Of a DNA stretch of 31,978 nucleotides, positions 8,825 through 20,800 are shown one piece after another. The stretch lies in assembly GCA_030432855.1 (NCBI GenBank), contig JAUILM010000001.1, positions 1 through 31,978 on the forward strand, read 5' to 3'. Position numbers and translations under genes: made by a program. The notes below the pieces were generated by a model that saw nothing but the letters and a program-made list of their open reading frames with translations, was not told the origin of the DNA and searched no databases. Source of the stretch: Bacteroidia bacterium. Its GTDB lineage: Bacteria > Bacteroidota > Bacteroidia > Chitinophagales > Saprospiraceae. Every line of letters starts with the position of its first letter. Within the stretch, counting starts at the first letter, position 1.

Positions 8825-11799
8825 TGATAAACAGTAAAGGCAGATTGCAGTGGGTCATATGTATCTGTCTGCTATCTCAATATGTACAGGGTCAAAATGC
8901 ACTGCAGGACATCCCCGAACCCGACCTGAAGAAGGAACTTGCTTCATTTACTGTACTTGATGGATTTGAAGTCAGTCTCTATGCGGCAACTCCCATGATT
9001 GAAAAACCTACCCAGATTAATTTCGACTCTGATGGTAGACTTTGGGTTTGTGGCAGCCATATATACCCTCAGCTCAATGTGAATGAGGAGCCGAGCGACC
9101 AGATCGTCATATTAGAGGATTCGGATGGGGACGGTGTGGCTGACAAGTCGTCTGTCTTTTATGATAAGCTTATCATTCCGGGAGGTGTACTACCTGATAA
9201 TCAGGGCGGAGCCTATGTCGCAAATGGTGACAAACTCATTCATTTGAGCGACACCGATAGCGATGGGGAAGCTGATAAAGTAAAGGTGGTACTCACTGGC
9301 TTTGGCACCGAGGATACACACCATACATTACATCGTCTGGGTTGGGGGCCCGGAGGGAAGATGTATTTGTTGCAGGGTTATTACATTGCATCACATGTTG
9401 AGACAGCCTATGGCCCCCGTCATCTCAACGGCGGCGGTTTATGGACCTATGACATTGACACCAGACGATTGGAAATCTTCACAAAGGGGTATATAAATCC
9501 CTGGGGACATGCTATTGATTACTGGGGGCAATCTTTTGAGTCGGATGGTGCGGGCACGGGTTTTGGACACAGCTATCCCAACGCAGTTTATGTGGGTTCT
9601 CCCGGAGAATTAGAGTCTTTACCCTCACTGACACCCGACCGACCCAAGGCCAGTGGTATTGAAATTATTAGTGGAAAGCATTTTCCACCTTCCTGGACGG
9701 GCAACATCATTACTAATGACTTTCGAGCACATATCACGGACCGCTATTCGTTGAAAAAGGAGGGTAGCTCTTATGAAGCATCACTCGAACCCACGTTTCT
9801 CAAGTCGTCTCACACATCCTTTCGTCCCATAGACGTAAAAATGGGCCCCGATGGAGCTCTGTATGTGGTGGATTGGTACAGCCCCATCATACAACACGGG
9901 GAAGTTGATTTTCGAGACGAGCGTCGAGATCATCAGCATGGTCGCATATGGAGAATTACCGCCAAAGGAAGGCCTCTCCTTGAAAAACCTAATTACAAAG
10001 ACTCCAGTATTCCTGAATTGTTGGATCTTCTGAAGGCAGATGAAAACTGGGTAAGGCTCATGGCTAAGCAAACGCTGAAGTCCAGAGATGCCGATCAGGT
10101 AATGGCAGCGATTCAAGATTGGGTTGGCAATCTGGACGCACATGAACCTGATTTCGATCATCACCGACTGGAGGCGCTTTGGACGGTACAGACGATCAAT
10201 AAGATAGATGTGGACTTACTGAAGACGGTATTACAATCCAAGACTGCCGGTGCTCGGTCAGCTGCTGCGCGGGTGCTATATTATTGGAATGAGAACGTAC
10301 CCAATGCGCTTGAACTACTTGAAGGGGCCGTGCAAGACCCTGATCCTGGCGTACGACGTGAGGCCGTCACCGCCCTAAGTCAATTTTCTTCAGACAAGGC
10401 ATTTGACATTGCGTTATCGGCGTACAATGATCATATGGACCGCGCCTACGCTTTTGCACTACGTCAGACGTGCCGCATATTATCCAAATATTGGCTACCC
10501 TCTATCCTCAATGGAAACCTGACACCGACAGCAGATGATTCCGCACTTATCTTCGCATTGAAGAATACGGAGGATCCCAGAGCCACACAGCCGCTAATCG
10601 AAATATTCAGGAAAAGCGAAAACCCGGATCTGGACATCCTGACAGTTATTGGTCAGCTGGGTGATTCCGAACAACTCAATTTTCTTTCCAACCTTTCCAG
10701 TTCCAGTGCTAGCCCTTACAGTAGCGAGGCAGCAAAGGCATTATTAATCGGAGCGAGAAATAGAGGAGCGTTCCCTACGGCAAACAAAACAGAAGTATTG
10801 CAAAATCTTTTCGCATCCAGACATGATGAAGACCTTGCCACGGCATGTGCTCTGGTGGGGTATTGGGACAGCAAGGAATTCATAGATGTGCTTAAAGAAT
10901 ATCTATCAGCTTCAAATGCAACCTATGATATCAAAAGTAGTGCTGCCGGATCACTTGCTATGTTCCAAACAGAAGATATTCGTGATTTTCTTATTCAGGT
11001 GATCGATGAAGACCCATCAATAAACACAACAAAGCTGGCAGTAAATGCTCTTGTTCAGGTTGACCTGGAAAAAGGAATTGAATCAATTGCCAATACACTC
11101 AGCAGAGAAATTGATCAATCCTCAATCGAATATCTCATCAGGAGAATTGTGAGAAAGGAGGGGGCCTTTAGAGCCTTAACCAAAGAGCTGGAAGGAAAGA
11201 AAATACCTTCTGAAACCGCCAGACATGCTTCACGATATGTATTAATTTCCGGACGAGAAGGCGCCGAAGAATTAATAGCTGCTTTATCCATAGCAGGCGG
11301 CATAGAAACGAATGCCGCTTCGTCCCATAATAAAATGACTACCCAGGAGCTCATGGCTAAATTAAAAGATGGCAATGCAGAAAAGGGAAAAGAAATATAT
11401 CAGATGCCTCAACTTGCTTGTGCCACCTGTCACAAAATCAATGGAGTTGGCTTAAGTGATATTGGCCCGGACCTGGGTAGCATCGGTGCAAGTGCACCGG
11501 TAGATTACATCGTGGAATCTTTATTAGAACCCAGTAACAAGATAAAAGAGGGTTATAAATCATCATCAATCACTACAGAAAACGGAGACTTTTATCAAGG
11601 ATCGGTTATTTTTGAGGACACGGATAACATCACAATTAAAACGGCTGCGGGAACGGAAATTTCCTTACAAAAAAGCAAAATAAAATCTCAGGAGACGAGT
11701 AAGGTTTCGATGATGCCAGCAGGCCTGACCAATGCATTAACTGAGACAGAATTAATCGACCTTTTAAAATACCTGACTGAATTGGGAAAAAGTCAATAA
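8821..11799 (+). CDS. PVC-type membrane-bound dehydrogenase-like protein (TIGR02604-like beta-propeller + HEAT repeats + TIGR02603-like CxxCH cytochrome c domain)
   Basis: Signal peptide; P..IEKPTQINFDSDGRLWV, ILEDSDGDGVADK, GFGTEDTHH..WGPGG, FRPIDVKMGPDGALYVVDWY.PIIQHGE..R.E.RD..HGRIWRIT; HEAT-like DPDPGVRREAVTAL; GNAEKGKEIY..ACATCH (11419-11433)..IGPDL..IVESLLEPS.KIKEGY..SMMP.GL. Confidence 0.92.
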   Translation: MMINSKGRLQWVICICLLSQYVQGQNALQDIPEPDLKKELASFTVLDGFEVSLYAATPMIEKPTQINFDSDGRLWVCGSHIYPQLNVNEEPSDQIVILEDSDGDGVADKSSVFYDKLIIPGGVLPDNQGGAYVANGDKLIHLSDTDSDGEADKVKVVLTGFGTEDTHHTLHRLGWGPGGKMYLLQGYYIASHVETAYGPRHLNGGGLWTYDIDTRRLEIFTKGYINPWGHAIDYWGQSFESDGAGTGFGHSYPNAVYVGSPGELESLPSLTPDRPKASGIEIISGKHFPPSWTGNIITNDFRAHITDRYSLKKEGSSYEASLEPTFLKSSHTSFRPIDVKMGPDGALYVVDWYSPIIQHGEVDFRDERRDHQHGRIWRITAKGRPLLEKPNYKDSSIPELLDLLKADENWVRLMAKQTLKSRDADQVMAAIQDWVGNLDAHEPDFDHHRLEALWTVQTINKIDVDLLKTVLQSKTAGARSAAARVLYYWNENVPNALELLEGAVQDPDPGVRREAVTALSQFSSDKAFDIALSAYNDHMDRAYAFALRQTCRILSKYWLPSILNGNLTPTADDSALIFALKNTEDPRATQPLIEIFRKSENPDLDILTVIGQLGDSEQLNFLSNLSSSSASPYSSEAAKALLIGARNRGAFPTANKTEVLQNLFASRHDEDLATACALVGYWDSKEFIDVLKEYLSASNATYDIKSSAAGSLAMFQTEDIRDFLIQVIDEDPSINTTKLAVNALVQVDLEKGIESIANTLSREIDQSSIEYLIRRIVRKEGAFRALTKELEGKKIPSETARHASRYVLISGREGAEELIAALSIAGGIETNAASSHNKMTTQELMAKLKDGNAEKGKEIYQMPQLACATCHKINGVGLSDIGPDLGSIGASAPVDYIVESLLEPSNKIKEGYKSSSITTENGDFYQGSVIFEDTDNITIKTAAGTEISLQKSKIKSQETSKVSMMPAGLTNALTETELIDLLKYLTELGKSQ

Positions 11800-11812
11800 T
11801 TGACCAATAAAT

Positions 11813-12757
11813 ATGATAGCAGCAATAAAATCTACCGTACTTTTTTTCCTGGTCCTACTGGTTACCCATTTTTCTGTCCTGGCACAATCCTCAGAAGCCT
11901 ACCTGTTTTCTTATTTTAAGGGTAATGGTGAAGACGGTCTACATTTAGCCTACAGCATGGATGGATATACCTGGAAGGCATTGAATAACAACCAGTCATT
12001 TCTTACACCCGAGGTTGGAGGAGATAAACTCATGCGCGATCCGTGTGTCATACAGGGACCGGACGGGAAATTTCATATGGTGTGGACCGTGAGTTGGAAT
12101 GAGCAAGGAATTGGGTATGCAAATTCTGATGATTTAATGCAATGGTCGGAACAAAAATATATTCCGGTGATGGAGCATGAATCAGAGGCAAGAAATTGTT
12201 GGGCGCCGGAGGTGTTTTACGACGAAGAATCAAATCAATATATGATCTTCTGGTCTACCACTATACCGGGGCGGTTTCCAGAGACGGAGGATCAGGGTGA
12301 TAGCGATTATAATCACCGCATGTATTTCGTGACAACAAAGGATTTTGAAAAATTCAGTAAAACAAAACTTTTGTACGATCAGGGATTTAATGTAATTGAT
12401 GGTACATTAATTAAAGAGGATGGAGAATTTGTCATGTTCTTAAAAAATGAAACGCGCACGCCTCCAGAGAAAAATATCCGGATAGCAAGGAGTAAGCATT
12501 TGACTAAGAAATTTGGAAAGCCTTCTGAACCAATTACCGGGGATTATTGGGCCGAGGGACCTACACCCATAAAAATCGGAGGTTTCTGGATCGTTTATTT
12601 TGATAAATACCGCAAGCACAATATGGGAGCCGTTCGCTCCAGTGATCTGGAAAATTGGGAAGATATTTCTGATCAAATTAATTTCCCGGAAGGAACCCGC
12701 CATGGAACTGTCTTTACGGTGTCTACAGATCTTTTAGAGAGGTTGAAAAAGATGTGA
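11813..12757 (+). CDS. Glycoside hydrolase family 43 (Bt3655-like five-bladed propeller; putative arabinosidase/xylosidase)
   Basis: Signal peptide; YLFSYFKGNGEDGLHLAYS.DG..W, MRDP (base), WAPE, IDGT (pKa modulator), WAEGPT (acid), RHGTV. Confidence 0.9.
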   Translation: MIAAIKSTVLFFLVLLVTHFSVLAQSSEAYLFSYFKGNGEDGLHLAYSMDGYTWKALNNNQSFLTPEVGGDKLMRDPCVIQGPDGKFHMVWTVSWNEQGIGYANSDDLMQWSEQKYIPVMEHESEARNCWAPEVFYDEESNQYMIFWSTTIPGRFPETEDQGDSDYNHRMYFVTTKDFEKFSKTKLLYDQGFNVIDGTLIKEDGEFVMFLKNETRTPPEKNIRIARSKHLTKKFGKPSEPITGDYWAEGPTPIKIGGFWIVYFDKYRKHNMGAVRSSDLENWEDISDQINFPEGTRHGTVFTVSTDLLERLKKM

Positions 12758-12907
12758 GTATAGTGAAAAAAGTAGGCTTTTTATTGGGTCTTAGTCAAAA
12801 GTAGTGGGTTTAAGAATTTGAGGATAGATAGTCCTAAGATATAGTTTGTTTTTTTGTGGTTTTTTCCCGCCTTCAGAATGGGACCTACGCTAACCTTCTG
12901 TCCCCAT

Positions 12908-13088
12908 GGTTGGGCGAGTGCTTTATCTCAAAGGGATTTGTCGGAAATTTCGAGGCTGTTTTGGTCGCTGTCGAGGGGCGACAATCGACCATAGCCCTGG
13001 CTACGGAAGCGCGGAGCAAGAAAGAGAGTGGTCAAAAGAGACCAAAATTGATGTAAGGCTCAGTGGAGATAAAGCACTTTCGTCACCA
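12908..13088. repeat. Nested inverted-repeat element (REP/MITE-like or structured ncRNA candidate)
   Basis: Perfect 12-bp IR gtgctttatctc (12918-12929)/gagataaagcac (13066-13077), extendable with bulges; inner 8-bp IR ttttggtc (12959-12966)/gaccaaaa (13040-13047); internal stems tgtcg/cgaca (12969-12983), gacca/tggtc (12987-13033), tagc/gcta (12992-13003). Confidence 0.5.
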
Positions 13089-13191
13089 AAATATTTTGTT
13101 GAAAAGGCATTTTCAAAAGTCAAGAGAACAAGTGAAGAATGGTGTTATCCACTAAAACAATTAACTTCAGGGGAAGATAATTACTTCCGAT

Positions 13192-14637
13192 ATGGACTGC
13201 CACCAGTATGCCGCGATGCACAGTCGCCGTGAATTTTTATCCCGATCCGCAATGGGACTGGGAGCTTTGGGATTGTCCTCACTGTTGAATCCGTTGTCAG
13301 CTGCTACAAAAGGTGCTGCATCTGATGTAGCTTCGGTGAGTTTGCCACATTTTGCTCCCCAGGCCAAGCGTATTATCTACCTTTTTCAAAGTGGTGCACC
13401 GTCGCAGATGGATCTGTTCGATCATAAGCCACTGCTACAGAAGATGTATGGGCAGGAACTGCCCCCTTCAGTTCGTCAGGGTCAGCGGTTGACAGGTATG
13501 ACGGCCGGTCAAACATCCTTTCCACTGGCAGGTACTCTGTTCGATTTTCAGCGTTACGGTGAGTCGCAGGCCTGGATGAGTGAACTGGTGCCCCATCAGG
13601 CTGCCATTGCGGATGAATTGTGCTTCATCCATTCTATGCATACCGAAGCCATCAACCACGATCCCGCCATCACCTTTATTCAGACCGGTTCCCAGTTTCC
13701 GGGCCGACCGTCGATGGGGTCCTGGATCGATTATGGGCTGGGCAGCATGAATGAAAACCTGCCGGCTTTTATTGTACTCGTCACAAAAGGCAAAGGGGGG
13801 CAGCCCCTGTATGCCCGGCTCTGGGGTAATGGATTTCTGCCCTCACAACACCAGGGTGTACAATTCCGGGCAGGAAAAGATCCGGTGCTGTATCTCACCA
13901 ATCCTGAGGGTATCGATCAAAACCACCGGGGTGAGCAGTTGGATTTTCTTCGCCAGTTGCAGGAACACCAGTTTGACAAGTTGCGGGATCCGGAAATCGA
14001 GGCGCGTATCGCCCAGTATGAAATGGCTTTTAGGATGCAGTCTTCCGTTCCCGAGGTGACCGATACCCGTGGGGAGCCTGAGCATATCTATGATCTCTAC
14101 GGACCTGATTCTCGTATTCCGGGTACTTATGCGGCTAATTGCTTACTGGCCCGGAGGTTGGCAGAGAAGGGTGTCCGCTTTATTCAGCTCTATCACCGTG
14201 GTTGGGACCAACACGATAATCTACCCAGCGGCATTGCCCGTCAGTGTCGTGAAACAGATCAGGCTTCTGCTGCACTGATCACAGATCTGAAACAACGGGG
14301 AATGCTGGATGACACCCTGGTCATTTGGGGTGGAGAATTCGGCCGTACCAACTATTCACAAGGACAACTCTCAAATACCAATTACGGACGTGACCATCAT
14401 CCCAAGTGCTTCAGTCTGTGGATGGCCGGTGCAGGTGTGAAAAAAGGTTTTGCCTACGGTAAGACAGATGATTTTAGTTATAATGTCGTTGAAAATCCGG
14501 TGCATGTGCACGATTTTCAGGCGACCATCATGCATCTGTTGGGTATCAATCATGAGCAGTTTACTTTTAAGTTTCAGGGTAGGCGCTACCGACTTACCGA
14601 TGTACATGGTAATGTAGTCAAAGACATTCTGGCATGA
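13192..14637 (+). CDS. DUF1501 family protein (alkaline-phosphatase/sulfatase-superfamily-like) with Tat signal
   Basis: Twin-Arg SRREFL + hydrophobic helix; [76 protein letters not shown]. Start may be ATG 13207 region or 13192; overlaps next gene (ATGA). Confidence 0.93.
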   Translation: MDCHQYAAMHSRREFLSRSAMGLGALGLSSLLNPLSAATKGAASDVASVSLPHFAPQAKRIIYLFQSGAPSQMDLFDHKPLLQKMYGQELPPSVRQGQRLTGMTAGQTSFPLAGTLFDFQRYGESQAWMSELVPHQAAIADELCFIHSMHTEAINHDPAITFIQTGSQFPGRPSMGSWIDYGLGSMNENLPAFIVLVTKGKGGQPLYARLWGNGFLPSQHQGVQFRAGKDPVLYLTNPEGIDQNHRGEQLDFLRQLQEHQFDKLRDPEIEARIAQYEMAFRMQSSVPEVTDTRGEPEHIYDLYGPDSRIPGTYAANCLLARRLAEKGVRFIQLYHRGWDQHDNLPSGIARQCRETDQASAALITDLKQRGMLDDTLVIWGGEFGRTNYSQGQLSNTNYGRDHHPKCFSLWMAGAGVKKGFAYGKTDDFSYNVVENPVHVHDFQATIMHLLGINHEQFTFKFQGRRYRLTDVHGNVVKDILA

Positions 14638-17600
14638 TGCATTCCGGGTTGCGGATAAATATTCAACCTTACTGGTTTGGTGGATGGTTGCTTGCCGCCA
14701 TGATGATGTTATCTGCTTGCCAGACAACCGTTCCTGATGATGTACAAGCCGCCCTAAATCGACTGCCTGATGCGATAGATTTTAACTTTGATATACGCCC
14801 TATCCTGGCCGATCGATGCTATGCCTGCCATGGCCCTGACGCACAACGCCGGGAAGCAGATTTGCGTTTGGACCAGGAGGTCTCTGCTTTTGCCCTATTG
14901 GATCATGGTGGTCACGCTTTGGTACCTGGAGACCTGAGTCGTAGTCTCGCCTGGCAAAGGATCATCTCCACAGATCCCGAGCAAATGATGCCACCCCCGT
15001 CTTCACATCTCTCTCTGACTGCTGAGGAAAAAGCATTGATTGCCCGTTGGATAGAGACGGGCGCCGACTGGAAAGATCATTGGTCCTTCGTTCCGCCTGC
15101 CAGGACCGAATTGCCCTTAGATGTCACCACAGGAGCAACTCATCCCATTGATCATTTTGTACAGACTCAACTTCAGGCGATAGATCTGCTACCCGCACCA
15201 CCTGCTTCCCGGGAGCGTTTACTACGACGTGTCACCATGGATCTTACCGGTCTACCGCCCACGCTGGAGCAAATGGACGCGTTTCTTGATGATACATCCG
15301 AGAGTGCTTACGAAAGGGTAGTAGACCAGTTGCTGCAAACCGAAGTGCATGCTGAACGTATGGCCATGGAATGGTTGGATGTGGCCCGGTATGCAGATTC
15401 TCACGGGCAGCATGCGGACGGCTTGCGCATTATGTGGCCCTGGCGCGATTGGGTGATTGACGCTTTTCACCGCAATATGGCCTACGACACTTTCGTGACC
15501 TGGCAACTGGCGGGGGACCTCCTTCCCGGAGCAAGTACTGAGCAGAAACTGGCCACCGGATTTCATCGAAATCATGTCACCAACTCAGAATCTGGCATTG
15601 TACCGGAAGAGTTTCGCGTACAGTACGTAGTGGATCGAACCAACACGACAGCTACAGCCTTTATGGGCCTTACACTGGAATGTGCCCAATGCCATGATCA
15701 TAAGTTTGATCCTATTTCACAGCGGGAATACTATTCTCTGTCTGCCTTCTTCAATCAGGTGCATGAACTGGGTATGATTGGGAATGATATGAATTGGGGC
15801 CCCACTGTACTGCTGCCAGATGACACCACAGAAAGTAAGATCCAGTTATTGAGACAACAGATTCAACAACAAAGCATGGTACTTGCGGAGCACACTGTAG
15901 ATCCGGAAGCTCTGCAAACCTTTATCGCCGGTCTGGAAGATCAACCCATCCCTGTGCCTCCGGCTGATGCTTACTATCCACTGGACCGGTTCACTGCGCA
16001 ACCCGGAACAAGTGATCAGTTGCTGGATGGAAATCCTGACAGCAGGGTGGTGGGAACTCCGGAACTTGTACCTGGCCAGCAAGGAAATGCCGTGCGGCTG
16101 GATAGCGATTACGACAGGATACTGCTCGACGGTATCCGGCATTTTGACCTGGATGAGCCCTTTTCGGCAGGCAGTTGGGTGAACGTGGATACGATGGGTA
16201 CGTTTCAAACTATACTAGCCAATATCGGAGGGAAAAATGATGGTTGGCGTGGATGGATATTTTATCTGGACACGTTGGGCCGCCCCGGCTTCCGCCTGGT
16301 ACATTCGCTTTCACACAATTATATCCATGTCCTGGCTCAAGAACCCATTTCACCAGCTAGCTGGAATCAATTGTACTTTGCCTATGATGGTAGTGCTTCG
16401 GCACAGGGGATTCAGCTATATGTCAATGGCCGGGAGGTAGCGGTCGAGGTTCACTTTGATCGGTTGTATAAGAATATTCAACCCACTCAAAATCGCAACT
16501 ACATACCTGATCCCGAGCGGAGTGTCCGAATGGGTTTTGGCAGCCAGTATTTATTTTCGGAAAAAGACGATGGAGCCCTGGTAGGGGCTTTCGATCAGGT
16601 GCGCCTGCATCATGGATACCTTACCGCTCCCGAGGTGGCAGCCCTGTATACTCATGATACCCGAGGAGAAGGAGCCACCATCCAGGTGACCAGTACGCAG
16701 TGGGCCAGGCACTATCAACACCGTAAGGATCATGACTGGCAGTATCAGTGGGCACGGTTGTGTTCGCTACAGTCTCAGTATTTCGATCTGGTAGATCCGG
16801 TGCAGGAAGTCATGGTAATGGCAGATAAGACTGATCCTCGTCCAACCTATGTGCTGGAAAGAGGTCGCTACGACATGCATGGTGAGGAGGTGCATGCTAG
16901 TACCCCTGCAGCCATTCTCCCTTTTCCCGATTCGTTATCGCCCCACCGATTGGGCCTGGCGCGTTGGCTTTTTGATCCGGCTCATCCACTCACCGCCCGT
17001 GTGGCTGTGAATCGCTATTGGCAGATGTTCTTTGGTCGTGGTATCGTGGAAACGACCCATGATTTCGGAAGCCAGGGAGCTTTGCCTACGCACCCCGAGC
17101 TCTTGGATTGGCTGGCAATTTGGTTTCGTGATAGTGGTTGGGACCTGCGAGCACTGATTCGATTGATGGTAACCTCAGACACTTACCGGCAATCTGTACA
17201 GGTAGATTCTGTCAAACTGGCTTTGGATCCGGAAAATAAATACCTGAGCCGGGGTCCCAGTTATCGGTGGCCTGCAGAAGTCATTCGGGATAATGCATTG
17301 GCAGCAAGTGGTTTGCTCACTCGAAAAATCGGTGGGCCCAGTGTCAAACCTTACCAGCCTCCCGACCTTTGGAAAGAAAAGAATGAGTTCTCAGGATATT
17401 TAAAGGTCTACGAGCCCGATACCGGGCAGGATCTTTATCGGCGCAGTATGTATACCTTCATCCGAAGAACGGTTCCACCCCCGGCTATGATTGCCTTTGA
17501 CGCAACAGATCGGTCGATTTGTACCGTCCGACGTGAAACAACTAACACCCCCCAGCAAGCATTGATCCTGATGAATGATCCGCAATTTGTCGAGGCAGCA

Positions 17601-17894
17601 AGAGTGCTGGCTATTGCGATGCAAAAGCAAGGCGGTGAGCAACTGCAAGATCAACTGACTTTTGCCTGGCGTCGCATCTGTGGACGTCATCCCGACCCGC
17701 ATGAAATGACCACACTGAAGACACTGTATCATCATGAACTAGAACGATTTAAGGCAGATCCGACCTCTGCAAAGCAATTATTATCCATTGGTGAATTTCC
17801 GTTCGATTATTCAGTCGAGCCGCAGAAAACAGCGGCATTAGCTATGGTGAATAATGCCATCATGAATTTTGATGAAGCCTATATGAAGCGATAG
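14634..17894 (+). CDS. PSD1/planctomycete cytochrome c lipoprotein A: PSCyt1 + DUF1549 (PSCyt2) + LamG/concanavalin-like + DUF1553 (PSD1)
   Basis: Lipobox MLSA-C; [21 protein letters not shown] (14817-14831); [48 protein letters not shown] (15681-15695); LamG-like [23 protein letters not shown]; [48 protein letters not shown]. Confidence 0.93.
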   Translation: MMHSGLRINIQPYWFGGWLLAAMMMLSACQTTVPDDVQAALNRLPDAIDFNFDIRPILADRCYACHGPDAQRREADLRLDQEVSAFALLDHGGHALVPGDLSRSLAWQRIISTDPEQMMPPPSSHLSLTAEEKALIARWIETGADWKDHWSFVPPARTELPLDVTTGATHPIDHFVQTQLQAIDLLPAPPASRERLLRRVTMDLTGLPPTLEQMDAFLDDTSESAYERVVDQLLQTEVHAERMAMEWLDVARYADSHGQHADGLRIMWPWRDWVIDAFHRNMAYDTFVTWQLAGDLLPGASTEQKLATGFHRNHVTNSESGIVPEEFRVQYVVDRTNTTATAFMGLTLECAQCHDHKFDPISQREYYSLSAFFNQVHELGMIGNDMNWGPTVLLPDDTTESKIQLLRQQIQQQSMVLAEHTVDPEALQTFIAGLEDQPIPVPPADAYYPLDRFTAQPGTSDQLLDGNPDSRVVGTPELVPGQQGNAVRLDSDYDRILLDGIRHFDLDEPFSAGSWVNVDTMGTFQTILANIGGKNDGWRGWIFYLDTLGRPGFRLVHSLSHNYIHVLAQEPISPASWNQLYFAYDGSASAQGIQLYVNGREVAVEVHFDRLYKNIQPTQNRNYIPDPERSVRMGFGSQYLFSEKDDGALVGAFDQVRLHHGYLTAPEVAALYTHDTRGEGATIQVTSTQWARHYQHRKDHDWQYQWARLCSLQSQYFDLVDPVQEVMVMADKTDPRPTYVLERGRYDMHGEEVHASTPAAILPFPDSLSPHRLGLARWLFDPAHPLTARVAVNRYWQMFFGRGIVETTHDFGSQGALPTHPELLDWLAIWFRDSGWDLRALIRLMVTSDTYRQSVQVDSVKLALDPENKYLSRGPSYRWPAEVIRDNALAASGLLTRKIGGPSVKPYQPPDLWKEKNEFSGYLKVYEPDTGQDLYRRSMYTFIRRTVPPPAMIAFDATDRSICTVRRETTNTPQQALILMNDPQFVEAARVLAIAMQKQGGEQLQDQLTFAWRRICGRHPDPHEMTTLKTLYHHELERFKADPTSAKQLLSIGEFPFDYSVEPQKTAALAMVNNAIMNFDEAYMKR
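17850..17887 (+). repeat. 38-bp exact direct repeat, copy 1 (3' end of paralog A)
   Basis: aataatgccatcatgaattttgatgaagcctatatgaa is identical to 21173-21210. Confidence 0.9.
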
Positions 17895-17896
17895 AG

Positions 17897-20800
17897 ATGG
17901 AAAGGGGAGATCATAAAGTATTTAACCTTGCGTGCTACCAAAGTGGTAAGGAGTGGCTATGGTGCATGGTCCTGATCACCGTATTCTCGTGCCAGACCAC
18001 GTTGCCTGAGGATGTAGCCACTGCCTGGAAAGGCACTCCGGAGCAAGTAGATTTTAATTTTCATATACGTCCCATTCTGGCGGATCGCTGCTATCCTTGT
18101 CATGGTCCGGATGCTGAGCGCAGGGAGGCAGATTTTCGACTGGATCTAGAAGAGGAAGCTTTTGCTCCTTTATCAAGTGGTGGATATGCTCTGGTGAAAG
18201 GCAGTCTTTCCCGTAGTAAAGTATGGCATCGTATCATCAGCGAAGACCCGGATCAACAGATGCCACCTCCCGGGTCCCACCTCTCCCTTTCGGCCAAAGA
18301 GAAGGCCTTGTTGGCACGCTGGATAGATCAGGGTGCCGACTGGAAGGACCATTGGGCATTCATACCCTTGCAGCGACCTGAGGTACCTTCGGATACGGTG
18401 GGTTGGTCAGCCTCACCAATCGATCGATTTTTGCTGCAACGTATGCGGCAAGATGGACTTACGCCGTCCGATCCTGCTCACGCGGAGGTTCTTTTTCGTC
18501 GTGTGACCATGGATCTAACTGGTTTACCTCCAACGATTGAGGAGATGGATAAGTGGCTAGCTGATACCAGTGAGGAAGCCTATATACGATGGGTGGATCA
18601 TTGCCTTCAGACGGAAGCTCATGCTGAGCGACTGGCTCTCGACTGGCTCGATGTAGCCCGGTACGGAGATACGCAGGGTCTGCATGTAGATGCAGAACGA
18701 CATTACTGGCCATGGCGAGATTGGTTGATCGAGGCTTTTCGTGATAATCTCCCATACGACACGCTCATTGTATGGCAAATGGCGGGTGATTTGCTGCCAG
18801 AGGCAAATCAACGAGAGATCCTCGCAACCGCCTTTCATCGCTTACATCCAATGAGTTCTGAGGGCGGCATTCCGAACGAGGAGTTTCGTCAAAAGTATGT
18901 CCAGGACCGTACTAATACCACCGCGACTGCTTTTCTCGGTCTGACGATGGAGTGTGCTTCCTGTCATGATCACAAGTTCGATCCCGTGAGTCAGGAGGAG
19001 TATTACAGCATGTCAGCTTTCTTCAACAATATGGATGAGCTGGGCCTGGTGAATGAGTCAAACGTCGATGATCCGGCAAGACCTGGTACCAAACATGCAT
19101 CCGGCCCTGTACTCCTGTTGCCCGATTCCCTTCAATCCCGACGTCTGAATGTCCTAGAGGCAGAATTGGACAGTCTTTATGTAGTTCGTGAATTAGGGCG
19201 GGAAGAACTGGCTTCCACCCGGGCCTTTATTGAAAGCATTAAAGTGGAGAAGGTTGAGCCTCCCAAGCCAGTAACCCGTTTTGCATTCGATGGCATTAGT
19301 CCCTATACAGTCGAAGATAATGTGGTACACCGCATTCAAGGCAACCAACCCATTGACCAGATCGTGGATGGAAACCACAATGCATTGGCATGTGGCTATC
19401 CGAAAGTCGTCAAAGGTATGGTGGGTAATGCCTTGTACTCCGAGGAGGAAACAGATCTTGTATTTCTCAAAAGAGTCGGAGTATTTGACTTGCACGAGCC
19501 CTACACGGCCGGTGCCTGGATTAAAACGGATAAAGAAGGTGAAAACCAAAGCATTATGGGTACCGGGGGAGCCATGGGCAATGGTTGGCGAGGCTGGGAC
19601 TTCTTTCTGGATAGTTCTAATCATCTGGCACTTCGACTGGTGAGTATGTTACCGCACAATTTTGTGGATGTACGTTCTGAGGATTCCATCGAGGTTGGTA
19701 CCTGGCATCAGGTCTTCTTTAGTTATGACGGCACGGCGCGTGCAGATGGTATTAGTTTATATCTGGATGGACGGAGGATGAACATGCAGGTCAGGGCAGA
19801 CCGACTTTCGGGTACCATCAAGCGCCGATGGCGTGAGCGACCATTCTGGCCGCATCGACCGGTTATGGTTTTTCGAAGTGGACGATACCATACAGGAGAA
19901 AATGGAGTGTATAAGGGAGCCATCGATCAGCTCCGGTTTTACGACCAGGAGCTTTCGCCATTGCATATTGCTGCCCTGTTTGAGGAAGACCGGGGTGAAG
20001 CATCGATTAAGCAAGCCGAGGACCTTAGAGAGGCTAATCTTAGGCATGCCTGGTACCAAGATGAGGATCTACAGATCATTGATCGGCAATTGCGAGACCT
20101 GTTGCGTGAGCGCACAGATACTTTGAAAGTGATACCAGATATCATGGTGATGAAAGATCGAGAACAGGTCCGTCCCACCTACGTATTGGATCGGGGACAA
20201 TATGATTTACCCACTACCCCCGTAAAACCAGGAATTCCGACAGCATTGGGTGGCTTTCCGGATAGCTTACCAGCTAATCGTCTGGGTTTTGCTCAATGGA
20301 TGATATCACCACAGAATCCACTTACAGCCCGGGTACTGGTAAACAGGTACTGGCAGATGCTCTTTGGATCCGGCCTGGTAACTACACCACACGACTTTGG
20401 CGTACAGGGAAGTCTTCCCAGCCATCCGGATCTGTTGGACTGGCTCGCATGTGAGTTCATGGATTCGGGCTGGGATTTGCGACGTTTGCTACGATCGATG
20501 GTACTGAGCAAAGCATATCGCCAGACCTCCTATGTTTCAGAAGATCTATATGACAAAGATCCCTCCAATCGGTTGCTGGCCAGAGCATCGTCGTATCGAT
20601 GGCCGGCAGAGCTGATCCGGGATCAGGCATTGGCTGCCAGTGATCTGTTAGTCAAGAAGGTGGGTGGACGAAGTGTCATGCCCTATCAGCCAGATGGCAT
20701 CTGGGACTTTGGTAGCCTCGTATCAGGAAATTACAGGGAAGGAGAGGGAGATGATCTGTACCGCCGTAGTATGTATACCTACATTCGACGCACCAGTCCC

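Noticed and set aside
12856-13232. ORFs 12856..13056 and 12906..13232 (+)
   Set aside because: Run through the inverted-repeat element, weak starts, no domain signal; the longer one overlaps the DUF1501 start.
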